Part shown: positions 1 through 12,779 of the stretch, piece after piece
Layout of the letters: each line of letters begins with the position of its first letter
How positions within the stretch are numbered: the stretch's first letter is position 1
DNA from: Anthoceros angustus
Lineage: Eukaryota > Plantae > Anthocerotophyta
Assembly (NCBI GenBank): GCA_010909165.1
Contig: VJWM01000173.1
Span: 186,001 to 250,000 of the forward strand
Reading direction: 5' to 3'
DNA length: 64,000 nucleotides
Program-made: the position numbers and the translations under genes
The notes under the pieces: generated by a model
What the model was told of the DNA's origin: nothing
Databases searched by the model: none
Seen by the model: the letters and a program-made list of their open reading frames with translations, nothing else

Positions 1-3000
1 TGAATGGCTCAATCTCAATGTGAGTTGTCTTTGGGGTTGCCTCACTTTCGTATAGAGCTATCTGGTCAGCAAGTACGTCTTATCAGTAATTACACGTAAG
101 AAGAAACTGAGAAGTTCCGGCACAGGTGCAGAATCATAATCGTCCATTAGTCTCCATGCGCACAGAATAGTCTCAGCCTCAAGTCAATGTCATGGTTACT
201 GACCAAACAGTTGTTTTCTTCATTCACATCCAAGTACTCCACAAGGCCCTCCCGTAGGAAATCATTGAACGTACGGAAACCATCCTGAGAAGAAACAAGT
301 CTGTCAAGGGCGCAAGGAAAAATTTTGTTCACTGTTCAATCTTCTTCACTTCATAACAGCTCACCCATTGTCCTAAAGCCTACTCAACAGGACATTTCAC
401 TTCAGACAAAGATCCCTCACAACAACAAGGGACAGATGATGATTTCCGACCTTCAACTCCTTCATGTGATGCTCTTTCACCCTAGAGATGCCTTCATCGG
501 CAATAACCAGCGGCCGGCACACACGTCCTCCATCAGATGCAATGTATATGCACCGCTGCTCATGACCAATGCAGCAAAGAAAGACACACATTCAGCGTGA
601 CAGCCACTAACCCTTTCACAACTTGGATATCCAGAGTTATGAAAGCAAGCAGCCCAGCTCTCAACCTCCTGGCTACATACCTGTCCAGTGTGAGTGAACA
701 CGCTGACAAATTCCCCAATCCTTCCTGCGCGACGGAGATTCCTGACAGATTGAGCAAACCGCTGCGAGAGACAGACAGGCCAGGTTACAGCATAATGATG
801 AACTCCAGCCATGTTACGGCATACTGATGAACTGGACGAGTTTGGCACCAATTCAGTACAAGCTTTTGGCAGAAGTGGGACATGATAGTGAGAATACATG
901 AGGACGACGGTGGACTCCAAGGACAGTCCCGTTAAAGAAGACAATGAACGTCTTGCCTCCATGAAGCTCCTCCCCAGAAAGAAGTGTTAAATCCTCAACT
1001 CCCAGTGTCATAAACTGAGGACAAAGGAAAAAACGCACTTGATCACATTCGGAACGTGCCAATGTTAAAGTCAGAAATGACCCTGACAGACTCTTGCTGC
1101 TGGACTGAATGAGCCAGAAGTCGAATGTCAAGAAACGGTACCAAGGAAATAAGAGGAGCCTCTTCTTCATCGGTTGTGACATGCGTCATAAGAGCGAGAT
1201 TTTTTACGAGACCACATGCTTCACCCTCTGGTGTGTCACAGGGACAAAGCATACCCCACTGCACAGAAGCTACACCATTAGAAAACCACGACCACATTGA
1301 GAACTCAGATTACTTCTGTGCCAGTTCCAAACTTGACCAGGTAGTGTACAAGTGAGCTGCTAACCTGACTTGGCTGAAGAGCTCGTGGACCACTAACTTT
1401 CCGCGTCTTTTCAAACTGTGAAGTTATGCGGGTCATGTGGCCCAGAGCTGCTATAAATGACAGCCTCGAAAGGACCTGTTTTTTAATTATTAACAATTAT
1501 TTCCACGCCTCCAAACTACTCAAGCTAAAAGCCACTGCTCATGAGAATGAAATCCATTGTACGATGGACGGGGACAGTCCTACCTGGGTCACACCTTTTC
1601 TATCCATTCGAAATCGTTTTACAGTCCAGTTTCCACTTGAGATTGCATGCTCCAATCCACTGGTAAGGAAATCTGGCCTTAAGCACTGCATATCATCAGA
1701 TAGCACATTAAGAGATTGGTTTCCAGGACAGACGTAGTAGAAGCCTCCATATAAAAGTCATTCTTACACCACCACATAAAGTGAAAGACGAACACACACA
1801 CGGGATGTCGTCCAGATCCCCCTACCTTTGCAATGTCAAATTGCGTGGATCTGTTAGCTTTTGCCAGAGTCTGATCTATCATCCGCTTCAGGTCATTGTT
1901 CATCCGTTTGAAGAGATCCTGTCAAATCCAGCAACACAAGATTCAGCTTTCTTTCAGGGGCTGGAACCCCAAACCAGCCAGCGAATTTGATGATGTCAAC
2001 TTGCTGTGTGCTACGAAGGTACCCAGCTGCAAATAAAAACGTACTTCAAATAAAAGAGCCAAAAGTTGGCCAGCCAGTTCTAGTCGTTTGTTTCCAACAT
2101 AGTCCTGCGGACACCAGAACAGAACCAGAAAGTTACGCAAAGGATGCAGACATGTCATAGATTACTCCTTAAGTCACAGTCACAGTACAAACACCAACCT
2201 TATCATCCACAGCATCCGAATTCAACATTGCCTCTAACATGCGTCTTATCATTACTGCTACGTAGATACACTTGGAGCGGAAGTTGTAATCTTGTACCTA
2301 GAAACACAACCAAAATGGAGCAAGCGCAAAGATAAGCACGGAGCTTACAGATCTTTTCTACTCGATGGCACGTTGACAGGTTTCATACAGATATCACTAA
2401 TCAGAAGACAAAAACCCAATCTGACAGGGTAACGTACAGAAATATGCGCCAGAACAACATTGGCAAGAATGTCTCGGGCTTCATCAACCTGCAGCAAGTA
2501 CAAGGTTCCTTGAGCAATCTGTGGGCCGTGCGGTGAAAAACTTCAACTGCAGAGCAGTATAGGCTATGACAGTGTAACCTTGGATCGTTTGGTTTTCACC
2601 CACATCTGTCTGGCCGTTTTCACCTGGAGAAATCAAACAAGATAAACGATTACTCACAATGGTTCTAACACAGTAGCGTGCGCATGACAGAAACTTCTAA
2701 CTGCAATCTGACAAATGAATAGTACAACCTTAGCACCAAGAAATTCAAGGGCCTGCTGTTGAGTGTAGATAGCAAGAGATGCACACTCCTGACAACCAAG
2801 TCGCCACAATTAGATGAATAGGCTTCATGCACAGCAATACAAAGATGCAAGTATGTCTGTGCCAAGCCATAACTTTCATTAAGGAATCACCTGCATTGAA
2901 GGCGACAGCAACCCAGCATACTTTGGATCCCTTCCAACCATCTGAACAATCTCCTGATCACTCTCCATTCCCATAGCCTTAAGTACAACCACAATGGGTA

Positions 3001-4447
3001 CCTGCACCGAAATACCTGTGAAAATCTCTCATTCGGGTGCTGAGTTGAACATTTGTAAGCATTTTAGAGAGATTTGGTATACCTCATCAGCAAATGTGTT
3101 ATGACGCAAAAAGAGCCTTTCATGCTTGACAATAATGTTTGTTTTACTTTTTCGGTCATGAGTACTGCTGGTGACAGAGGCTGTAACACTGACATGAAAG
3201 AGGTGCCAGCGAGTGTTAAACAGATAGAAATTGGACGCCCCAAGAACAAGAACGACTGCAAGCAGACTTACTTGCCACTGCTGTCCAGATCGATTATCAT
3301 CCTGTTCTTAGACAGCTGCTCTTGTATAAGGATGACCTGAGATACAAAGACAGAGACCCTCGGATCTCATATCGAAAGACAAGCCTAGCAAAAAATGATC
3401 ACCAAAAAATTACCTTCTCAGTTCCTTTCACCACAAAATAGCCACCCGGATCAAGAGGGCACTCCCCTGCAAAAGTTGCTCATGAGCTGAGGGCCAGCAA
3501 CTTCCACCCAAGCAACTTTGGTTGGAAACTCACTGAAGAAATCATTAAGAAGATTGTCTGACAAGGAACTTGTACTAACCAACCTAATTTTGCAAGCTCC
3601 GCTTCACTTTTACCCGAAAGAACACATCTAGAACTTCTTAACATCAGAGGCATCCTGCCAATCACAAGTGCTCCCTGCATGGAGTGCACATAACAAAACC
3701 ATTCAGCAGTTGCTACTATATCAATGGCGTTATTTCTTGGTTCCAGAAATGACCCAAATTACTGCTGTTTCCACATTTAAAGCCTTCCACATACCTGACC
3801 ATCCTTTCCTTTGCGGACAACAATTTCCTTGCCTCGTGTATACTCGACATCAACACTGATAGGCGCTGCATATCTGCTCAGGGTGAAAATATGTCAGCCC
3901 CTCAGCATGTCTTCAGTGGGAACAACAAGATACAGAGCGACAATTGTGGCATCCTTCAATCCCAGTCCAGCAAGAGGAAACCATAGCCCACACGTACGTC
4001 ATGTCCCGCAACCGACACTGCTGCGGAGTGATGTCCTCAACCATGTAATTCTGCTCCACACAAGGTTTGCCTACAAATATATCCGTGTATCTGCACCAAC
4101 AGTCCATCAAACTCAACAGACAAAACTTAGAGCTTGAACAGGTACAAACTGCCAAAACTCACTTGAGGTAGAAATTGGGGTCCATATCAGGCCGAACTGT
4201 CTCATTGGCTTTGGCATGGATGATTTTTTTTATTTCGCAGTTGATGAGGTAGTTGAAGGAGTCGATGTGCTGCTTGACCAATCCCCTAATCTGAGCACGT
4301 CAAGCAATAAGCATTAGCGAGATCGAGAAATCTGAAAACGAAGGAGATGCAATTCCGAGCAGATTCTACCTTTAGGAAGGCAGGAAGCAGCTGAAACTTG
4401 TCCACCGCCGATTTGATGGGAGCGTCTAGGGGTGGTCCGCCGTCCAT
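1..4447 (-). CDS. NRPC2: RNA polymerase III second-largest subunit (RPC2/NRPC2), multi-exon, 3' end runs off the window
   Basis: Spliced exons read [26 protein letters not shown] / [102 protein letters not shown] and [16 protein letters not shown]. These are Pol III-type beta-subunit motifs. Most likely ATG is at 4447; the ORF track starts at an upstream GTG. Confidence 0.93.
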
Positions 4448-4808
4448 GTCGAACGTTGAGATAACAACACGCTTTTTCTTTGATGTGTTTGGGATCCAGA
4501 CATCCACCTTTAGCGCATCCCACTGAAGAATTACAACATACTGAGGACGTACTCGACATCCAACATGTCAACGGATAGTAAACTCGGCCGGGACTCCGCT
4601 CCCCCGAGTCCCCCCTTGTATTAACCTGAGTTGATGGACTTTTTGCTTTAGGGGTAAGTACCTAGGTGCATACATATATAGCGGAGAATTTCAATATCCC
4701 CCGGTGATAGAACGCACCGAGACAACCTATCCCTCTTTAGCAAAAGTTGAAGAAGAAGAAGAAGAAGAAGAATTTTATTTAAGTCTACTAAGGACGGATT
4801 TTCGTCAT

Positions 4809-5468
4809 AGGACTTGCTACTTAACAACTTGTACCATGGTGTGCCTAAGTTACTTGCACCCAGGGGCATCCATTTCCTTCAGGCATCCTATCTAAGTATG
4901 GATCTAAGTACAGGATGTTTAATAACGACGTTCTTATAAATGTGTGTCCATTTGGCCCAAGCCATTTGGACAAAAGATGCCGGCCAATCGATGCGATTTA
5001 CGCGATATGCCTCGGTTCCATAAATCTTTCTCTTCAGTAACTCTTCAAGCAAAAGGGTACTTGTGACAAAATTGTCAAAAGTTATACGGTTGTAAGCTCT
5101 CCCAGCATTCTCCCGGGTGGTTGTGTGCTAGCATATTTACTTAATGATTACTAACTAGTTATTAATTCATAAATATAATACTAATTATTAGTTAATTTAT
5201 TAAAATAAATAACATATTATCCATTTTGGAAAACCAAGTAAAGAAAAAGGGTCATATAGAAGAAAAAGACGTCTATTATACTCCACTTGGAAAGAATTCT
5301 CTCATGGGACTTATACTCAACAACTTGTACCATGTTGTGCCTAAGCTAGTTGCACCAAGGGCATCTACTCCTTCTAGGCGCCCCATCTAAGTAGCGATCT
5401 AAGCGCAGGATGCTTAAGAGTGGTGTTTTTATAAACGTGTGTCCATTTGGCCTAAGTAATTTGGACAT
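4809..5468 (+). repeat. Diverged direct repeat pair of about 165 bp (4809-4972 and 5306-5468), probably TE debris
   Basis: Both copies read ..aacaacttgtaccatg.tgtgcctaag..a.ttgcacca.gggcatc..ttcctt..aggc..c..atctaagta..gatctaag..caggatg..t..a....gt..tt.ttataaa.gtgtgtccatttggcc.aag..atttggaca. Confidence 0.8.
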
Positions 5469-5559
5469 ACATATAGCAAGCTAGGAATAGCGCGAGGAGC
5501 TGGAGTGTGCGAGGAGGGGGGAGCTGACATGCAAATGCGAGCATCCACGAAATTGTGTT

Positions 5560-5790
5560 GTGCATGTTTGCACTATAGGGGCAAGGTAAACCATCCTTGT
5601 GAGCTTGTCCGTGAATACCAAGACTGCTATGTATCCTTGTGGAGTGAGAGACAATCTAAGATTAAATTGAGAGTGACTTGCTCCCAAAGCAAAAGAGGAA
5701 TGGGCTTAGGGTGTATCCTTGTGGAGTGAGAGACAACCTCAGAATAAATTGAGAGTGACTTGCTCCCAAGGCAAAAGAAGAATGGGCATA
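5560..5790 (-). mobile_element. Degenerate Ty3/gypsy integrase fragment with an internal 82-bp tandem duplication
   Basis: With one frameshift the minus strand reads PIPLLLWEQVTLNLI..LSLTPQGYIAVLVFTDKLTRMVYLAP, the start of a chromovirus-type integrase core. gtatccttgtggagtgagagacaa occurs at 5631 and 5713. Confidence 0.75.
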
Positions 5791-7100
5791 GGTTCCATGG
5801 ACGAGATCTTGATGGACTTCACAAGATGTTAGTCCCAAGTGGGTCCCACACATTTGGTTAATGTAGAGTCCCAAAATTCTACCACACGAACGCATATGTA
5901 CCATGCTTTGGCAGTGGTACTAATTGGCTTTGGCCTATTATTTGATTATCTACTTTATTTTTCTACTTTATTATCCAATTTTCACCCTTATCTCATAGTG
6001 AGTGGGAGTGGTGAAATAATTTATTAATTAGGGCACTATTTTTTAAGGAACCTATAAATCCTAGAATTAATGTTTATTAATTCCTAGGTTAATAAATAAT
6101 TTCTTAGGTAGTTACTTATTTACCATCGGAGCCACTAGTTTTGGACATCCTACTGTCGAATAATTATTTTTTTGAAAAACGAACTTTCAACTTGTATGAG
6201 TTTATAATTTTAGTTTTTAACAAAATATATAATTTTTTATATTTCAATAGTATATTAAATAGATAGGATAATACACCTTCCTACATAATTTCATAATACC
6301 TTACAAATCATAAATAAACAGAAAAGATCATGAATAAATTTTATGATTTCTTTTATCTATTTACCTATTTAAGACCATGGCTTTTAAGACAAGCTCATAA
6401 CCTAGGTTTCAACACCAAATGAAATAGGTGGGTACCTAAGTAGGGGTGTAGAACATACTTCAACACAAGCTTTATAGTTCTTTGTTTCTTTCATGCCATT
6501 GACTTCTTGCTAGCTAATGCATGTGCTTGCAGATGCTAGCTATGGCTTGTAGCAAGCAAATAATGATCACATCTATGTTTAAGCATTCAACTAGAGAGGA
6601 CAGGAACAAGGAATTAGAAAGGTAGAAGAAGGTGTTGGTAGATTTTAGCAGCAAGAGCAGCTACTGCTGCATATGTCTATAGCAGCAGCTGGTGGAGACA
6701 TCTGCAGCAGACATCTATGGCAACTACTCTGTGTGCTGCAAATCTCTGTGCGGTGCTACAGCTGCACATAGATTAGACCCCTCGAAGGATTGAATCCAAT
6801 CTTGGTGTGCGACCCGAAGATTGGATCCCAGTGAAGGTGTGCGCTCTCCCATCCTCACGGCGAGGTGTGCACTCCCCCGCTCCTCTCGACTGAAATGTGT
6901 GCATACCAGCATGTTTTTGGCACTTAACCATTTTTCATTTTCTAGTTTTCAGCTACTTATTTCAATATTTTTTAAGATTTTGGTACTTGCTATAATTAAT
7001 TAATTTTCATCGAAAACATTGACTCTTACAGTAGTTAATTGATTATATTGGTTACAACCACCTATAACCACTTACCCTTGATAAACACTTGCACTTTTAA

Positions 7101-7746
7101 CAGCGTCTGTGTAGAAAGGGGTTTCTCCTGTCAAAAGGGGTTTTGGAAAAAATCCCAACCCTATGTCGCCGGAAACGGAAGTTGGTTTGGTTTTTGTTGG
7201 TTTTTTTGTAGGTGTTCATCCATCAGTTTCGGGCATTCTCGGCTCCGACACCACTTCCTGTCGAGGCATTTACACCACGCTGGCGCCTTGTACTCAGGTT
7301 CATGGCAATTTAGTTGGTGTGATGAAGGGCCAGTGACTTCATTATTCCATAGACTGGTATGAATGAAAGGTTGGTGTGCAAACAAGTTTGCGCACCAGAA
7401 TTACCCTAACCCCTAAAAACTCTAAACGCTTAGAGTATGTACTGCAATGATTGCCGATATTGAGGCTTAAATGTAAGTGCGCACAAGTTTGCGCCGCATC
7501 ATGTCTAGTTTGAAAGAAAAAGCCGAACAAGAATGAGACTTTAGATTTTTGCCATGTACTTGCAATCTACAATCTCAAATAACGTGTATCAAAACAATTA
7601 TTCAAAGGGTTGCGGGTGACATGTCTGCAGAGAAATACCAAAAAGGCTGATTAAAGTGCGGATTTTTTCAAGTGCAAAAAGTGGTTCGGCCACGTCCGTG
7701 TGCAAAAAAAGGGTTTCAGGAGAAACCCCTTTCTACACAGACGCTG
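7101..7746 (+). mobile_element. Non-autonomous DNA transposon with perfect 30-bp TIRs, superfamily unassigned
   Basis: CAGCGTCTGTGTAGAAAGGGGTTTCTCCTG at 7101-7130 is the exact reverse complement of 7717-7746. The interior has a decayed reading frame (..YSIDWYE*KVGVQTS..KNSKRL). Flanks are TTAA (left) and TTTT (right), so the TSD is unresolved. Confidence 0.85.
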
Positions 7747-8140
7747 TTTTTTCTCTTTTAACACAATGCTAGAACTCTTGGAGTAAGTGTGTGATTTTCA
7801 TCACATATGTCAGAGTAGCCGCCAGCATGATTGGTCTCACTGGCCTGGGAGGGACTGAACGCTGGAAGTCTTGGCTGCTAGTAGGACCGGTGTCACCGAC
7901 CCGAGAAGGGCCGAATACTGAAAGTCTAGAGAGCCGTAGAAAGAGGCACTAAGCTTAGTATAGAGATCTCAACACCGATCGATACAAGAGATCACCTGAA
8001 AATATATTGCTAGGCTACTTGCTTTAGGTCACCAGTACAGGGATCACATTCTGAGAGGGGACTGGCTTGTGTTTGGTCTAATAGCACAGAGGGTTTGGTT
8101 GTAGCCAAAACCTAGGTGGACACCTACACAGAGAGAGAGG

Positions 8141-8258
8141 CCTAAGGTTGAGTCGTCAGTGAACGACGGGCGAGTCCTTAGGTTGAGTGGTATGTGGACG
8201 GGAGGCGAGTCCTAAGGTTGAGTCGTTAGTGAATGGCGAGCGAGTCGTAAGGTTGAGA
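8141..8258 (+). repeat. 35-bp tandem repeat, about 3.5 copies
   Basis: cctaaggttgag-type cores at 8141, 8176, 8211 and 8246. Confidence 0.85.
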
Positions 8259-8347
8259 GCATTGAGAGTTGTACAAGCCTTGAGAGTTGTGCAAGTCTTT
8301 ATGTGGAGTGAATTGGCGAGGTCATAGACCTCTGCAAAGCCAGTTCT

Positions 8348-8575
8348 TGCCGCTTTCTTATTGGCTGCGACAGCTGCAAAGACAGTTGTTGCCGCTTCCT
8401 TATTGGCTGCGTAGCAAGGAGCGTTATTCCTCTATCGTTAATATAGTTGCCACCTCCTTATTGGCTCCGAGCAAGGAGCGTTATTCCTCTATCGTTAATA
8501 TAGTTGCCACCTCCTTATTGGCTGCGTTATTCCTCCATAGTTAATACACTTGCCGCTTCCTTATTGGCTGCGTAA
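8348..8575. repeat. Imperfect 42-58-bp tandem repeat, 5 units, each with a CCAAT box on the minus strand
   Basis: ttattggct occurs at 8358, 8400, 8458, 8515 and 8561. Two central units (gcaaggagcgttattcctctatcgttaatatagttgccacctcc) are identical. Confidence 0.85.
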
Positions 8576-8863
8576 CGAGGGGCGTTACTCCTCCACTCGT
8601 TTTCATCGGTAGTACACATACCTAGACCCATACCTAGGTCTTCGAGACCTACTGCCCTTACGGGTTTTGGGGAAGAATTAAGCGCCATATATCCGTGCAG
8701 ACAACACCAACCACGTTTCGAGCTCACGAAGATTCTTTCAATTCTAAATGCCATAGAAGGGGGTGTGTCCGGAGATTCGACGTCCACGGGCGGCAAACGT
8801 GTACGGCTTTACTATTCTGAACATTTGTTTGATCGCAAGCAGGGCTGCAATTAGAGATCTCGT

Positions 8864-10155
8864 CTAACTTGTTCTTTTAGTTTGTCCTGGTCGACGCTCA
8901 CTATTTCCGAATTCCTGCCCACAAGGAAATCCAGAAATCTGAGTTAGAAACGACATCCAGCAAAACCTTCTAAAGAGAAACAAATCCTCCAAAGAAATGC
9001 ACACACCGTACCCGACGTTTGTGGCAACATCAACGTGAGTCTCTCTCGATTTGGTCAATTCTGCGTTTAGCCGGATGATCTCATCCAGCAACTTTTGGTT
9101 TTCCTGGACGGAATAGAGAGCCGGTGAGGGAAAACCATGAAGCGTAGTCCAATAGCCTTGGGAGCCGACTGTGTTTAGTACCTTCTGTGCGAACTCCAGC
9201 TGAGCAGTAGATACTTTCAACTCTTCCGCTTGAAGCTGAAGTTGCTTTGTCATCTGCGCAAACAATTTCCCCACGATCAAGATTGAAACCTGGCATGCGA
9301 TAACTGCAGTACTTACGCAGTCCAGTAAACTGACATTGGCATTGCATTCATCTGCCCGCCACACTTGAGCATCATATCTCCTCCTCCACTCGGCCACCTC
9401 GTCCTGTGCTTCGTCATAAACACGCTCGAAGTGAACACTACACAAACCACAATATTTCCCCGCACTTACTCCACAAGAAAAGATAAACGAATCATAGAAG
9501 CTTCAGCTTCCTGCTCTTTTAGCCATCGCATCACAGCAAACTCAGCCTTCGCAGCACAGTGAGGAATAAAGACCTGTTCTTCCGAGCAACGTTACACTCC
9601 ATGAGCACCCTCTGATAGAAGGTGAACCCGGCGAAGATGATGATCACAAGAGCACAAAAGTTCACCAGGCCCGAGCGAGCCATGCGATTCCTCCTCGCCC
9701 GTGCGAAACCGTCCCTGCGTGCTCCCTACATAGATGTGCAAAATTCCTCACTCTCTTGCCCTCACACAAAGCATGACTGCCAGCATCTCCCTGTCCGACA
9801 ATTCCAGTAATCCATTCTGACTGACTTCCATCTTTCCAGCCGGAATCCAGCAACAAATCTTCCCAGAAACTATAATAGATAACGAGGTGAGGCACAAGAC
9901 ATACTTCGTAGAATGGGCCCAGCGCGTTCATCCTGTCGTGAACTCCACCAATCCCCTGCTCTGACACTCATTAAGAGCTCTCCATGTGCCATCGAGATCC
10001 GCAAACGCAAAATCGAACATCGGCTGCAAATTTTGGGGCCACCAAAACCAGCCAGGGCTATAGGGTTTAGACGCATTTATGGCATACCTCGGGCTTGCCT
10101 CGCCTCGTTGAGATCGTGCCTCGCAGGTTTTTACCCTCCATGGGCTACTTTTCAC
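8864..10155 (-). CDS. Unknown, probably spliced coiled-coil protein gene or pseudogene, possibly TE-borne
   Basis: The 193-aa ORF contains two phase-0 GT..AG intron-like blocks of 81 and 78 nt. Removing them gives ERVYDEAQDEVAEWRRRYDAQVWRADECNAN-MTKQLQLQAEELKVSTAQLEFAQK-ENQKLLDEIIRLNAELTKSRE, which is heptad-like. Upstream frames are coding-like but interrupted. No family recognised. Confidence 0.4.
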
Positions 10156-10511
10156 TGAGACAAGTTACGTACGTATCGACATATCGGGAATATAATACAT
10201 AGTGTACTACTTACCGAGCTACTACCTATATATAGCCTAACACTATTGGCATATAGGTCTACTACATGGCATGGAGGTCTGTATGTGCCTACACAGGGCC
10301 GCATGGTGCAAGGGGTTTGCTGATCCCGTGGGAGGGATGCCCATGACATTCACACCACAATAACGAGCCATGTCTTGCACTCGAAAATTGCTTCGGACTT
10401 GTGCACCTCGAGGGAAGGCCGTTGAAGCGAGGTGGTGGGCGAGACTTTGGTTTCATCAGGTTACACAAACGGACGGCTGAGATTCCTGCGTGTTGTCTGC
10501 GCTGCTTCAGC

Positions 10512-12116
10512 ATGACAGAGATGGAGATGACCGGCAAGGTGCATCCGGCTTGCGTGAACGCGGAGAATCCGTATCATGAGTGTGTGGAGTACTGCTTTAG
10601 GGTGATCGCGGAGAAGAGAGAAGCCCTTGCTCAGTCAGGGGCAGCATCAGGTGAGAAACATTGGGATTTTGTGGCTGTGGGTTTCTGAGAGACGCTTCCT
10701 GCTGAAAAGAGTGCTGTGTTGCGGTCATAGGCTGGTGACGGGAGACGGGAGTGGTGGAGGTGGATTTTAGGGTTTGTGGAGGTGCACGTGAATCAGCTTG
10801 TTAGCTCATGGGTGGATTGTTTGTTGTTATTTTCTAGACTCAGTAGTTGCGTCTGAAGAACCCCTTCCCTCGGTGCTGGGTCGAGGCAGTGAAAGGAAGG
10901 CGGAGGTTGCGGAGAGGCCATCCGAGGAGGCATCAGAAGCCATTGACCCGGCAGCAAGGGCAGATGAGCGGGGGCGTGGAGAAGACAAGGATGTTGTGGA
11001 AGGGGATGGAAGGGACAGCGAAGCCTATGCAAACATGTCTGAGCGTCAGAAGAAGCTGTTTGACCTGCGTCTGAAATTGGTGAAGACGCTGTTCTGTCAG
11101 CTTGCTTTTTGTGGACGTTATCATGCTGTTTGTTGAAGAAGATTTGATTGCCGGCTCGTTTGTTGGATGTGTAACTGGAGGTGTGAGTGCCAGGGACTGA
11201 TGTATGATGGTTTTGCAGAATGCTGCTCGGAAAGCAAACCAGGGAGCTATTGCTGCAGAGAGGAAGAGAGAAGAAGCCCCCAAAGAGTCTCGAGGCATTT
11301 CTAAGCAGAAGTGGTTTGAGGAAAAGAAGGAGCGCTTAGGGAAACAGTTGAGCTCCAATGGACTGGAAATGAGCCAAGCGTACATGTTGGAAACACAAGA
11401 ATCTGCAGAAGTCAAGTACAAAAAGTGGGACAAGAAGCCAGCAGCCTTTGGTTGGGATGGTGAGTAAACAGGTCGTCATAAAGCTGAGCTGAAACGTTAG
11501 TATGGTAGGTCACTACCTAGCCTGCTTTTCTTGTTTGACACTCTTTTTGGGTCTGTGACGTTGCAGTGTTCAATCAGCGTTCCCTGTACACTGCATACAA
11601 GAAGAGAACAAAGAATATCCCAAACACCATGGAGGACTATATGAAAGCGAGGGATGGTGATCCTGACTTCTACCGGGATGGAGCGAGCCTTCAGTACGGC
11701 AAGGTGAGAGATCGCACTGTCAAGCTGTCTCTTAAACGACCTGGAATATATTTCCAAATGCATGTATCATGGATCCTCAAGCATTTGTGTGGAACCTGGT
11801 TCTAAGCAGGGAGAAAGAGTAGGACTGTTCTGTTTTCTGCACGGCCTTCTTAATTGTTTATTATGAATTGTTGATCTGTTTGGTGCAGACTCCAGATATT
11901 CCCGAGCAGAGTGTTGATAGAATGGTCGATGAGCTGATGCAAAGAGACCAAAGTCGGAAGGCCTTCAGCAGACGTCGCAAGTTCCATGAAGAGAAGGATA
12001 TTGATTCTATCAATGACCGCAATGAGCATTTCAACAGGAAGATTGAAAGGGCTTTTGGCAAGTACACGGTTGAGATCAAGAACAATTTGGAGCGTGGTAC
12101 AGCACTCCCGGACTAG
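10512..12116 (+). CDS. SYF2: Pre-mRNA splicing factor SYF2 (NTC/Prp19-associated), multi-exon
   Basis: Exons read MTEMEMTGKVHPACVNAENPYHECVEYCF, MSERQKKLFDLRLKL, KYKKWDKKPAAFGWD, VFNQRSLYTAYKKRTKNI and SRRRKFHEEKDIDSINDRNEHFNRKIERAFGKYTVEIKNNLERGTALPD*, the characteristic SYF2 C-terminus. Confidence 0.93.
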
Positions 12117-12562
12117 GATTCACTGTCTGGCCTGTGGAGGTGAGTGCTCGCACCAGGAACTCACGGGAATCCCCACCGAACAGTGTGACAGCAATGGCGT
12201 GGGGACACACTGTCAGAGGAAGTGGCTGAGCTCCCGGAATTTGAGAAAAGGTACCTCTTGAGTACCTTTTGAGTGACTCAATAGGGTACATACATTCTCG
12301 ACTATCCTTTGACTGGCAAAAGGTAGGCACGGGTTTGGACAGTCTCTGTTTTGCACTGTATCATATGTTCAAGAGACGCTCAAACGTCTGAGCACCAACG
12401 TTTCGGTCGTCCTGTCTGTCGCATGGCCGGATGCTTTTACAAGTACCCAAATTAGACTTGTAAACTATTCACTAGCAAGGGTCAGTCCGACATATGTATC
12501 TTTATGTTCACGTAACCGCAATATAACCAAGTCTCACAGCTGACATATTATATCCAAGGATT

Positions 12563-12634
12563 AATATTTTCTTTGGATGAATATTTTCCTTGGATGAATA
12601 TTTTCCTTGGATGAATATTTTCCTTGGATGAATA
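12563..12634 (+). repeat. 17-bp tandem repeat, about 4 copies
   Basis: (aatattttccttggatg)n. Confidence 0.9.
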
Positions 12635-12779
12635 ATTTTTCTAACATAAAGGAAGTAGTTTCTAATCCCAAATGTTTTAACTCATTATATTTAAGGATTG
12701 ATGTGCTGTCCATTGCAGCTCTCCATTAATTAGCATAAGTTTGTGTTTAACTTGATTCTTTTTATAACGGGAATATTAC

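Larger units (their letters stand above)
7808..8823 (-). mobile_element. Possible LTR-like segment with tandem sub-repeats
   Basis: Termini TGTTCAGAATAG.. and ..CTACTCTGACA on the minus strand are imperfect inverted repeats starting TG and ending CA. It contains 35-bp and 42-58-bp tandem repeats. No TSD, PBS or PPT could be confirmed. Confidence 0.3.

Noticed and set aside
7808-9966. TGTCAGAG..CTCTGACA inverted octamers suggesting a single 2.2-kb solo LTR
   Set aside because: The flanks (acata / ctcat) give no TSD, and coding-like frames continue across 9966.
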